A DNA stretch of 62,913 bases, the filler included, from Rhabdomonas costata (Eukaryota), in the NCBI GenBank assembly GCA_019059605.1. It is 34 parts of 34 records of this genome, joined end to end, with 100 filler letters (N's around TTAATTAATTAA, not from the genome) between each part and the next. Parts side by side here need not be neighbours in the genome. Positions count along the whole stretch, not along the records: positions 48,166 to 49,918 come from JAHMHO010009580.1; positions 50,019 to 51,770 come from JAHMHO010009581.1; positions 51,871 to 53,623 come from JAHMHO010009582.1; positions 53,724 to 55,475 come from JAHMHO010009583.1; positions 55,576 to 57,328 come from JAHMHO010009584.1; positions 57,429 to 59,180 come from JAHMHO010009585.1; positions 59,281 to 61,064 come from JAHMHO010009586.1; 27 more parts are not named here. One strand, given 5' to 3'. The position numbers were made by a program, and so were the translations under genes. Of this stretch, positions 49,270-61,003 are shown piece by piece; position 1 is the stretch's first letter, and the number at the start of each line of letters is the position of its first letter. The notes under the pieces were generated by a model. That model searched no databases. It had not been told where the DNA came from and saw only the letters and a program-made list of their open reading frames with translations.

Positions 49270-49880
49270 TCATCTCCAGCGAAAGGAGGGGCCCACATCC
49301 ATCAGATTGGGAGTAGCACCCGACAGCTGTTTGGTGATGGCCTTGCCAGCCTCTGCCATCACTCCTGCTGGAGTTGACCAGGAAGCTTGTCTCACCCTCT
49401 CCTGCGAAGCGCTTCGCGTATCTCTCGAGAAAAGCCCGGGAAAGTGTCCACCCCAACTGGAATAAAATGGATGCCTGCAGCGGCTGAGAGTGCGTCGAAT
49501 TTGTTCCTCTTGGCGGCTTTTGCTTTGTCAGCAGCGGCGTGGTGGGGATCCCAAAGATTGGAGGGAATCAGTCTGGGCAAAATGGTAGGATCAGTCGCTG
49601 CATTGTCCTGAGCTGGGCGCTACCAACACCATCTGCTCCGCTGTCCTGAACTCGAGGCCTGCTGACTGCAGTACCCTCGATGGTCGAGCAAAGGCGTTCC
49701 ACGCTCCCGCTTGCCGGCAAGAGACGAGAGGGTCACTCCAAAGGCTGTCCACACTGGTCGCTGGGCTTTCCCGCTGCTGCTGCTGCTGCTGGGCGGTAGA
49801 CCCAGACGAAAATGGGTTGGCAGCAAGAACTCTCCCGGAACGACCACGCAGCGTTTGGGGAGGCCTGCTGTACTACAAAA
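49270..49880 (-). mobile_element. Degenerate CRE/SLACS-like non-LTR retrotransposon, restriction-like endonuclease region
   Basis: Ordered motifs across frameshifts: EFLLPTHFRLGLP, QSAGL, RPAQD, AADKAKAAKRNKF...GIHFIPVGVDTF and WQRLA. These match EF...lrfRLGLP, AG, RPaD, A..ae..K..KY...g..F.P...et.G and wQRl. Confidence 0.6.
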
Positions 49881-51870
49881 GACCCTAGACCGGCTTCGGC
49901 TTATCATCCCTCCCCAACNNNNNNNNNNNNNNNNNNNNNNNNNNNNNNNNNNNNNNNNNNNNTTAATTAATTAANNNNNNNNNNNNNNNNNNNNNNNNNN
50001 NNNNNNNNNNNNNNNNNNCCGCGTGACGCGCAAAATGCGGAACAGCTCGGGGTAGTGACTGGAGTGGATGTGCACCTTCATCGTCTCTGTACCACCCGAA
50101 GCTTGGTCCACAAGTGTGCCAAAGGATCCCAAATGTATTCAACCAACATACAGTAGGTTACATTTGCCCTCTTGCAGATGCGGTTCATCGGTGGTTTGCA
50201 TCATTCAATCGAATCGATTTACTACTGCCAAGAAATCACCCATTTGATGGTTGTAGCACGAAGTGTGTTTAAATCGGTGAAACCCCCTATGTATGAATTG
50301 AACAACGTCATCGAATGAACCCGCTGAAGATCTGCATAGTGTTACGGTCTCCAATAATTCCAGTGTCTCCTCTCGTTGATGAGAAACACCACAGCCAATA
50401 ATAAACTTTCTCAAGGCTGGACATTCCATCCTCCTTCATCTTGGCTTTGGTGTCGATCTGATATGCGTACAAAAATATCCTGATTCTGCTCATTCTGACC
50501 ATGCATGTGTGACCATTTTACCAATTTCACAGTATGTTTTGTTGCTTATTATTTTGTTCACTGCTGTGCAGCGCCCCGAATCTGCTGTGTTTCCTGTGCT
50601 CTGGTGACATAAGGCATGCTAGAGTATGTGTACGTCGAGGGCCCTTCCCAGAAAAAATCACCATTGCCAAGTTCACAAAAGGTGTCCGCACGCTCTCGGT
50701 TGCATTGTCTTTGTTTTCAGGTACAATGCAAGAAACGTCCGCCTGGTTTGGGCGGATGGTGCAACATGGGACCCTGCTCAGAGTGGTGCTGACCCACCTT
50801 GGAGTGAGGACGGCGTTCCCTTGTGCGCCCTCGATCCGCGCAAATTTGCCCGCTTGCTTGCGAGGGTGGAGTCCCCAACTGCTGGGCCTGGGAGGGCATT
50901 GGCGGGGATTGTTATGCTGGAGCCCCAAGCAGGCCTGCTGCGCTGTGAATGGAAACATAGCAACCCGCGGGTTGACAGCAAAAGGTTCATGGCCCTTAGT
51001 TTTAACTGCTTTAGACCCCTGAGCAGATCGGTTCTGGTTCCGCGCTGTGGTCGTGGACGGTCTAGGATCCGTGGCTTCAGAGCATGTGGGTGATAGTCAT
51101 TTTCGTATGTCACAGGGAACCTGAAGACAGCGCACGTATCTGGGTGGTTGCGAGATAGGTTGCAGATTTCTCATGATTGCTCAGGTGCTGTTTCCTTGGG
51201 CGCAATTATTCTTTTTTGCCTCTAACACCGTAATCCTATCAAAGCTACAGTTATCCAGCTCTCTAGAGCTGAGCTGAATAAGGAGCTAGGGATAAAGGTT
51301 GTGATTTATCTGGCATTGTGGCCGTGAACCTTTCAAGATGCGCCCATGTGGTCTCCGCAAACGTAAGCGAAGGCGGCAGGCTACTCCCCATGTTGAGCTG
51401 GACCCTTGCGGTCCTTGCGACCCGCAAGAGGCGCCAAGCACTGGCTCCTCTGTCCCGCAAACCTGTTCTGGTGCGGGCCCCCCGCAGTGCTTCGATCGTG
51501 TTCTGGTGGACGCAGAGTGCACTTCTGATGGCCGAGTGCCTGCGCTGGAGCCCAGCCCAAGCCTCAGGGGCAACCGACGGTCTCCATGGAGCGAAGGTGA
51601 GAGGAAATCGTGAGATAGGGGCGCTGCTTCCTTACCTGTTCGGATACTATACAAGAGTAATTGCAAGAAACGGAAATGACCGCAGTAGAATTTTTGGTGT
51701 CAACAACGGTGAAGTACAGATTTCCACCCATTTTAATTTGCTTTTTCTTTTTTTTTATACGTCTTTTTCCNNNNNNNNNNNNNNNNNNNNNNNNNNNNNN
51801 NNNNNNNNNNNNNNTTAATTAATTAANNNNNNNNNNNNNNNNNNNNNNNNNNNNNNNNNNNNNNNNNNNN

Positions 51871-52953
51871 GGTTTTGGTTCCGGTGTCAAGGTAGCGGTG
51901 CCTATAGTCATGGTTTCTGGCCTTCGTTTCTGGATTCGCGTCTCTGGGTTCTGGGTTCTGGGTTCTGTCTTCCGGGTTCGCTTCTCTGGATATGGGGTTT
52001 GCCTTCATGTCACATGCGTCGGATTCACGTAGCTGTAACAGCAAGGGGTTTGTTCGGGTTTCTCGGCGTGTCTTCCTCTTACCCATGGGTTTGGGTGTCG
52101 GGTTTGCTTCTCTTGGCCTTCTGTATCCGTTGTTTGCTGGTTTCCATTGCTATGGTTCGTGCTTTGTCTCGTGGTGATTGCGCTTCTGTGGTGCTGGTGT
52201 GGTCTTGCATGGGTTCCGTGGTCTTCGCGTCTCTGGGTTCGGCCTTCGGTGTGGCGCTGGTAATGTCTTCGGCCTTCTTGCCTTCGTTGTGCTTTTGGTC
52301 TCCCTTGCTACGTTTGCTGTTTTTGCTGTGTGTTCTCGTGCTGCTGTAATGCTTGCGTGGGTCTGTGCCGCGTCTGGGGTGCTGGTGGTCTTGGTGCTGG
52401 GGTTTGGTACTTCTACGTAGGGGTATTCCGTTGTCTCGGTGGTTCTGGTGGGCGCGTGTTGGGTGGGTGGGTTCGGGGTTCGGGGTTCGGAGTCGTGCTG
52501 TTTGCTTCCGTGGTGATTCTGGGTTCCTTCGCTGTGTTGAGTGCTTCTAAGGTGGGTGTGCGTACGGAGCTGGTGTTCGTGGGGGTTTGCGTGGGTGTCG
52601 TGCTCTTGGGGTTCGTGGCTTTGGGTGCCGGGCTGTGCGTGGGCGGTGCGGGTATGGACTCTATGGTAGGGTGGTGTCCTTGGGTGTCGCGTGGAGTGGT
52701 GTGGGCGCTGCTGACGGTGTGGACGGTGCTCTGTGGGTCTAGGGTGTGTTGGGGTTGCTGTTGGTGGAGTCGTGGTTGCTGTTGGTTGTGCTGGAGGAGT
52801 CGTGGTTGCTGTTGCTGTTGGTTGTGCTGCTGTTGGTGCGTCTGTGTGGTTGGTGAGGGTGGTGGGAACTAGGGTTGTGTGCTGCTTGGTGCTTCTGTTG
52901 CTGTTGGTGGTGGAGGGTGCGTTGGGTTCATGCTGTGGGTGGTTGGCTGCTGC
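51871..52953 (+). other. G/T-rich, A-poor mosaic with short degenerate repeats, probably of mitochondrial origin
   Basis: Extreme G+T skew. TTCGCGTCTCTGGGTTC occurs twice (about 51935 and 52224) and GGGTT(C/T)GCTTC recurs. Frames are hydrophobic and stop-interrupted, and the segment abuts the nad5 fragment in opposite orientation. Confidence 0.45.
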
Positions 52954-52967
52954 ACGCAACCTGACCC

Positions 52968-53470
52968 ACCGTATCCACTGAACAAACCCGAAAGACAACA
53001 CCAGTGCACGCAGGGAACCCTTGTACACGACCTAAGCCGACCCCACCCCACCATGCACGCTCAACTCACTCCAAGCACCACCACAATCGACACCATGACA
53101 CGAAGGCATACCCGTAGCGAAGGAACCAGAAACACAACACAGACCGACACACGCATCCACACACCCTACCTAGAGCCAACATCATACTAGTGCAAGAACC
53201 CATGATAGCCGAAGACGTACACGCAGAAACCGGTGTTGGCCCTTCCATAGCATACAACAGCCACGATTGCAAACCCAAGAATGCGGACTTGGAAGAGAAC
53301 CCCAAACCCGTAAAGCCGTCACCACACACTCCCACACCACCCAGCACACCCCAAGCACCGTCGACACCTGCACACCCCACAGCATCAGTACTCCACCCCA
53401 ACGTACCCAAGGAAGCAAACCCACACCCAACCAACGCATCGTTTCCTACAGCAACCAACAGCAACACATT
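52968..53470 (-). pseudogene. nad5: nad5 fragment (mitochondrial-type), divergent and frameshifted
   Basis: KSAFLGLQSWLLYAMEGPTPVSA at 53290-53222 matches the diagnostic nad5 motif KSAQ.GLH.WL..AMEGPTPVSA. In another frame downstream, VYKGSL...VQWIR resembles HAFFKALL...QDIR. Confidence 0.85.
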
Positions 53471-54027
53471 CTCTTTCAGGGTTGCTACGAGAAGGCAGTT
53501 GCCAACTCACAAAAGAAAGATCACAAAAAACACAACGTCAACAGGTCGCGACAATCTGTGAGACAGATATAGAAAGGGTTCGGTTTCTGTTGTGCAGGCA
53601 ACCGTACAAAAGAAACAAAACACNNNNNNNNNNNNNNNNNNNNNNNNNNNNNNNNNNNNNNNNNNNNTTAATTAATTAANNNNNNNNNNNNNNNNNNNNN
53701 NNNNNNNNNNNNNNNNNNNNNNNTGTGTGTGTGTGCACTCGCGCAGCGGAATTGTGCAAATAAGGGTTGCTCATTGATACCGGAAAGACACAGTGAATGT
53801 CCACCGTCAACCGCCATATGGAACTGACGCAAAAATGTGATAGGAATTAAAAAGGAGAGAAATTGAAGATGCACACAGTCAGGTGAGGTGCAGCGTCCAC
53901 ATCTGTGCCGGCATACTCCCCCCCCCCACACACACACATGGGGATTACTACTCTGACCAAAGCTCGCCGCACGAAACAAAAGGCTGGTCTTCAAAGAGCT
54001 GGCCACCCAGCAAGGTCTGGTTTTCAG

Positions 54028-54982
54028 TCCCGGGGTGCGGCTGGGGAAGATCGAGGACCTAGTCAAGAACCTGCGGCAGAAACAGAAGGATTTCGACTCC
54101 ACCGCTCCGGAGTCCAGGATCGACTTCTACCACTCCGACCTCACCGCAGAGCAGCGGATGGCGCGGTACCGGGGCTTCAAGGAAGGCGTGATCCGGGTGC
54201 TGGTGTGCTCGGCGGGGTTTGGGCAGGGCGTGGACCTGCCCCGGGTCCAGTTCGTGATCCACAGCAGCATGCCGCAGTCGTTAACGGCGTACTACCAGGT
54301 AGGGTGCACATATTTGTGGATGTGCTCTCTCTCCTCTCCCTCCCTCCCTCAACGGGGTCCAACTTAAACTCACTTGGCGTTTAGGAACTTTAAGTAACCT
54401 GGCGCTTACACCCCAACTCGCTTGAGCTCAGATCCAACGCGTTTTGAATTTTCAGGAAAATCGAGTTTTTCAATTTAATTGAATAATTTAATTGAAACTT
54501 CAGTTAGCCGGGTGGGTGCAACAGAATGCTCAGAAACGCACTCATCGCTGTGGGGTCTGCACAGCAGTCCGCTGTTCTTTCACCAACAACAAAAGAACAG
54601 TGTGGCGTTTTGAAGAGAGTAATCCTCAGCAGCTCGTCAATGTTGTCACTCGGTCCCACCAATGGCAACAGGAGCGTCCCCAAGCATCTCTTCTCCATTA
54701 TTGGTTACGCAGCAAGTCGGCCGTGGAGGCCGCGACCCCCAGACCAGCTGCCGGTGTGTGCTTCTGGCGGACCCCCCGGCCGACCGCTTCTACTTCCAAA
54801 TGTACTACTGGACCCTCCTGGTGCGCGCTGCGCGGGAGATCGCCAGGGCGGAGGTTCGAGCTCAGGCGGTCTCCTCCGCAGAAGGTGCGGAAGGGGGCAG
54901 TCCTGCGGTGAGGCTGCAGGCTGCGCTGCGGGAGGTCTTCCGCGAAAGTCAGGAAGCTGGGCAGCGGTGGTACCTCAGATGG
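54028..54982 (+). CDS. RecQ-family helicase C-terminal domain, partial, 2 exons
   Basis: Exons 54028-54298 and 54713 to about 54982, GT-AG. Protein: FYHSDL, VLVCSAGFGQGVDLPRVQFVIHSSMPQSLTAYYQ/QVGRGGRD (motifs IVa-VI). Confidence 0.88.
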
Positions 54983-57002
54983 GTGTGCATGCTTGGTGTA
55001 ATCTACCATTTTGCTACTTAAGGAGCTTCGGCCTGCAGTTCAAAGATGATCCTCACCCCCAGAAGATGCCCAGGAATCGATAGAAATGGCGAAAGGTGCG
55101 CTGTCAGAAAGACCTGTCCGGCAACAGACGGGCTGCATTTGTGTGGCAACCGGGACAGGGAAACCAGCAATTCTTGTGGCATTGGAGGGGTGAAGCGCCT
55201 TTCAAAATGCAGGGCACTCGCTCACGCAGGCACACGCACACATAAACACACACGGACCCGAGCTGCAATGGAGCAGTGCGGGGTGGTCGTTGGAGAAGAG
55301 CAGCGGCGCGGACGCGACAGAGGCCCCGGACCCTTTAGGCAGAAGGGAAGTTACCACATGCGGGACGTTCGGTGGTGAGTCACTGCCCCACGACGTGATT
55401 CGCCCCAGCGATACCTCTGGAGAGCACCGTGGCCAACAGCGCGTGCGCCTGTCTGTCCACAGTGGTCACCACCACNNNNNNNNNNNNNNNNNNNNNNNNN
55501 NNNNNNNNNNNNNNNNNNNTTAATTAATTAANNNNNNNNNNNNNNNNNNNNNNNNNNNNNNNNNNNNNNNNNNNNGGGTGGTTGTGCGAAGCACGCCTAA
55601 CACTCTCCAATCCCTTCCATTCGCGCTTCCCGCCAATACTTCTCCGCTCTATCTCGATTACGTCTGAAAGAAGCAGGGGCATTGCAGCCAATACAAGCAT
55701 GTGCTGGCCGAGGTCAGTGGCAGGCACCATCCCAATAATGTTCCAATAATCTTGCAGTGAAGAGGAGTGCTGCAATTCATCCTGTCTGCGATCGCCAACA
55801 AGGAAAACCAATGATCACTGATCAATGATTTTGAAGGACAATCAGCTCTTGTGGGAGGAGGCAGTGCCAAAGGCCCCACCCTGAACCCTCGAGGTTCGCT
55901 TGCGAGACGACCCACAGGGTCCAGACGCCGACCCAGTGACGGGTACGGCCTGCGGAGGCGGCGGCTGCGTTCCCGAAGGCGTTTGAGACTCGACAAGAGC
56001 CCCAGCTGTTCCGTCAGAGGAGCGGGAGGCAGAGCTAGACAAGGTGTTCCAGCTCACGGGTGTGGCCGAGACCTGCGCGGGATACCAACATTCAAAATAG
56101 GCACTTTCAGACTCAAAGGGCAAAACCAGTCACCATCTTCAACGGCAGAAGGGTTGAAGACCTTTTTCTATATTAACTTTGGCTTACAGCTCTTTACCTC
56201 AAGCGTAAATAGGAATGCGGTGCAATAGCGGTAAGGCAGATATGAAGACAGTGTGTGTAACGCTTTAGCAGACCTATCCGCCCTCCCTTGCTCCCTCAAC
56301 TTAAACGCAAAACAGGCAAGCAAACCTGACCAGCGGAAGCCGACTGGCGTACACCACCGTTCCGCTCCGTGAGGACCTTTCGGCACCCCCAAACAATTAC
56401 AGAGACTCGGGGACCTACTCTGCAGACCCCCGCCAGGCACACCAGCCCAATTCCTTGCATAATTCGATATAAGCGATACAGCGGTGCTTTGGTTGAATCC
56501 CGCATGCTAGTTCACCTCAATCCATGACCCGCCGAATGAAGCGTCTCACAAGTAATATCAGCCGGAAACTGGAAGATCCGTTCTCTACTAAATCAATACC
56601 AGTTCATTGGCTCCGATGATGAAACACGAAGACCACAGGGTGCTTTCACGTGCCTTTCCGATAAACGGTGTAATCCTTCAAGACAGTTGCCAAAGTGACG
56701 CTTCCACACACACACACACACACACACACACCAAGAGCAGAACATGCCTCTTGTCCGTCGCCCGCGGAACACTGTGTACAAATTGCTGATTGACCTCGGA
56801 GGTAAACGCAAACACGTCTCCTGAAGAAGGGAAGATGATGTAGTGCAAATTCATCGATCACTCCAGTGCGCAAGAGCCCACACAACCCTGGATAGCATAA
56901 CTTCTCACTTGCCTCTTCCCGATCCGACTCGGGCATTATTCGTTCCTTGGTGACCACATTTGCGAACACAGCACAGTGGAGGGTCATGAAGTCATAGCCG
57001 AC

Positions 57003-57160
57003 CGTTGTGCTGGGGAATAGCGAAGGCCGTCTTGGACTCCTCGTGCAGGAAGGAGAGCTCCCGGGTGGACCCCAGAGAAAGCCCCACCGTGAGGTCCTCG
57101 CGGTCGGTGCGATTGGGGCCATAGGCGTGGCTGTCATGGTGGTAGGGCTTCCACTCAGAC
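57003..57160 (-). CDS. AlkB-like 2OG-Fe(II) oxygenase exon
   Basis: AG/GT-bounded exon reading SEWKPYHHDSHAY...LTVGLSLGSTRELSFLH...PQHNG, with an HxD iron motif and the S.G..R...F strand. Confidence 0.75.
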
Positions 57161-57430
57161 CTGCACAAAAGACCCCAATGCTTCACGAAGCAACCCATTG
57201 CGGTATGCAAAGGTCAAACAGGTGATGATAATGACACGTCGGCTGCAACCGAGTGTGGAGTTCCCACAAGAAATCAGGAAGGAACAGATGGGAACCCCCG
57301 ACCGCTTTGTGCAACAGCACGACCCAACNNNNNNNNNNNNNNNNNNNNNNNNNNNNNNNNNNNNNNNNNNNNTTAATTAATTAANNNNNNNNNNNNNNNN
57401 NNNNNNNNNNNNNNNNNNNNNNNNNNNNGG

Positions 57431-57570
57431 TGTGGGGTAGAAAACTTATGTGCAGTGAGAAGCACACCTGCTAGCAAATGTCCGTCATCGCAAAAAGAAA
57501 CGCCTTTTTGCGATGACGGACATTTGCTAGCAGGTGTGCTTCTCACTGCACATAAGTTTTCTACGCCACA
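57431..57570. repeat. 67-bp inverted repeat at contig start
   Basis: Arms 57431-57497 and 57504-57570, 6-nt loop, one mismatch in the G/T-only terminal bases. Confidence 0.95.
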
Positions 57571-57651
57571 TATGCAGGATTGACCCCGTGCGTGAGTACC
57601 AGCTGCGTGGTTTTTTCGCACTGGGCTATGTGCCTTGCCTCTGCTTTGCAG

Positions 57652-57774
57652 GGTGTCTCTCAGCTCGAGAACGGGGGCATGCGGGCTGCCGTGATGAACG
57701 CCGTGTACTACGCCACGGAGAGGTCCAAGGAGTTGGGCCAAGCCGCTGCTGCCTCTCAGCAGAACCAGAAATGA
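57652..57774 (+). CDS. proC: Pyrroline-5-carboxylate reductase, terminal exon
   Basis: CTTTGCAG acceptor, then GVSQLENGGMRAAVMNAVYYATERSKELG to a stop. This matches the P5CR C-terminus G...LE.gg.R.a...AV..At.RS.ELG. Confidence 0.85.
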   Translation, partial: GVSQLENGGMRAAVMNAVYYATERSKELGQAAAASQQNQK

Positions 57775-58239
57775 GCCCGGTTGACACCGCAGCGGAGAGG
57801 GGGAAAGGTTTTGGAAATGGATTAGAGGAAGCGAATGCACAGCACAAAGATGGAGAGCAGCCCCAAGCACTCTGAAATCTGCCTGTTTTTTGTTCATTGA
57901 AGTTCTTGAAATTGCGGAGGTTTGGAAACACTGAATTGTTTCGTTTTTCGGAGAGGTCCCGCCCGCGGAGTTTTCTGATTATGCGAGGCACGCTGGTATT
58001 AAGAAAGACCTCCGTTGGTAATGGGACGTTTATTGCGGTCCATAGCCTTTTCAGAGAACCTCTTTGCTACATTGCCACAAATAAACGCAATTGCTATGTG
58101 TTTGCAAGTCTTCCTCTTGTGGTCTGTCGGCCTGAGGCCAGCGAGGGTACCAGGCCATCGAATTGGTGTCGTATTTTGAGTATTCTGCGAAGTCCAGTTT
58201 GCTCTTTTGTTTTTAGTATGTTTTTACACTGAGCTTACT

Positions 58240-58900
58240 TCATACGGTCCTTGTCGCGTTTAGTACGTGAGCTCGACCAGACATGCGCAGACAAACAGAG
58301 GAGAACACAAGGCACACCAATCTTCCACGGAGTTTCCCTTGTGGACGATATTTATAGCGAATCGGAACGGTAGGATCGACCCCTTTATCTAACCGCTTTG
58401 TTCTTGAAAGTGCACCTGTTTCTATATATAAATGGCACCTGTGGAATTGTGGACCAACAGAAAGTATGTATACCGAATCAAAACGGGAAGTGTCCAGCAC
58501 GAATGTCGCCCAACAAAGACACCCAAGGATCATCACCAAGGAGTTTAGAGCGCCATTGGAACTACTTGAGGTTCTGAAAAAGGTCGTGTTCTTGGACTCC
58601 GCCGCCAGAATTCCATGCCGGTGGCCGGCCCCACAAACCATCGATAGTGTTAGTGCTTCCGGCGTTGTCCAAAACGGATCCGCGCTTAATGTAAGTTCAT
58701 TCAATTTGGAAGCGCCGTTTTCATAGCTCACCGTCTTCAATTCTTCGCTGGCTTTTGGATGGAGGCTGTCAGGCTCATCAGTCCCCGCTGCGCCCCGCTC
58801 GCTCCCCGGATCTAATCCCTGGGTATCTGTGGCTCTTGCGGTACTGCGGAGCCCTTGCCAGGCTTGGTAAGCACCGATCAAAGGCCGGGGTCGGGAATAC
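58240..58900 (-). mobile_element. Possible decayed RT/RNase H region of a tyrosine-recombinase retrotransposon
   Basis: Long ORF without host-exon codon bias. Weak motifs SLVMILGCLCWATFV (L.sllG.L.wa..v) and LYIETGAL (l.TDAS). Confidence 0.2.
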
Positions 58901-59674
58901 CGCACGCGGACAAAGTGTGCCCAAAGATACCGCAAAGGAAACAACTTTGCTTCCTTCAGCTTTATAAACTTTTACCCACCTACCCGCTGTTCCAGCAATC
59001 GCTTTTCAAAAACCCACCCGCTTTGGACTTCACGGTCTGGTCGCGGCATGGCGGGGCCCAAGATCCCTGGGACAAGGCACAAAAGCACAAGGATAAGCGG
59101 TACCCTCATGGACGCAGGATGGAGTTACTCCGTGTGGGCCGCGGACAGGCTCGGCGGATTACACGGAGTAACCCCACCCCNNNNNNNNNNNNNNNNNNNN
59201 NNNNNNNNNNNNNNNNNNNNNNNNTTAATTAATTAANNNNNNNNNNNNNNNNNNNNNNNNNNNNNNNNNNNNNNNNNNNNGGTTTGTGGGAAAACCTGTT
59301 ACATGAAGAACCTTCCAGTTGAGGCGCCTAATCACATCGTGTGAAGTGATCTTACCGGGGTTGTGTTTTTTGTCGGAAAACCTGTTACATGAAGAAGTCG
59401 ATCTATTTTCATCCACAGATACCCTTCCCCAGGTCCCCAGGTCCCTAGATTCAATGTTTCCGTTGATCTTCAAAAAAAAAAACGTGGAAAAAAAGTGTGG
59501 AAGAATTCGTCCTTCGCCGGCACTGGAAGCTTGGACCCTGTCGACACAAAAGCAAGGACAGTGGCACCAGGAGCTTTCAAGGAATTCAAATCATCGGGCC
59601 CTTCATTGAGGTGAACTCAAAAACAAGCCTGCACACGCAGAAGTACGCACCCAAACACACACGGATGTACACAC

Positions 59675-61003
<1,329 letters not shown>

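Noticed and set aside
50722-50970. Possible exons of unknown genes (also about 2005-2075, 13520-13662, 28580-28641, 38090-38180, 41225-41390, 55885-56072)
   Set aside because: Splice-like signals and GC-rich composition are present, but there is no recognisable homology to fix frame or product.
52150-53028. 292-aa Thr/Pro/His-rich mucin-like ORF (and the similar 2852-3349 ORF)
   Set aside because: The C/A-rich strand is poor in T and so has few stop codons; the informative homology is mitochondrial-type on the G/T-rich strand.
59289-59397. Short direct repeats (GGAAAACCTGTTACATGAAGAA twice; also 6631-6677, 14675-14703, 45270-45305)
   Set aside because: Two-copy local duplications with no further structure, likely slippage or amplification artefacts.
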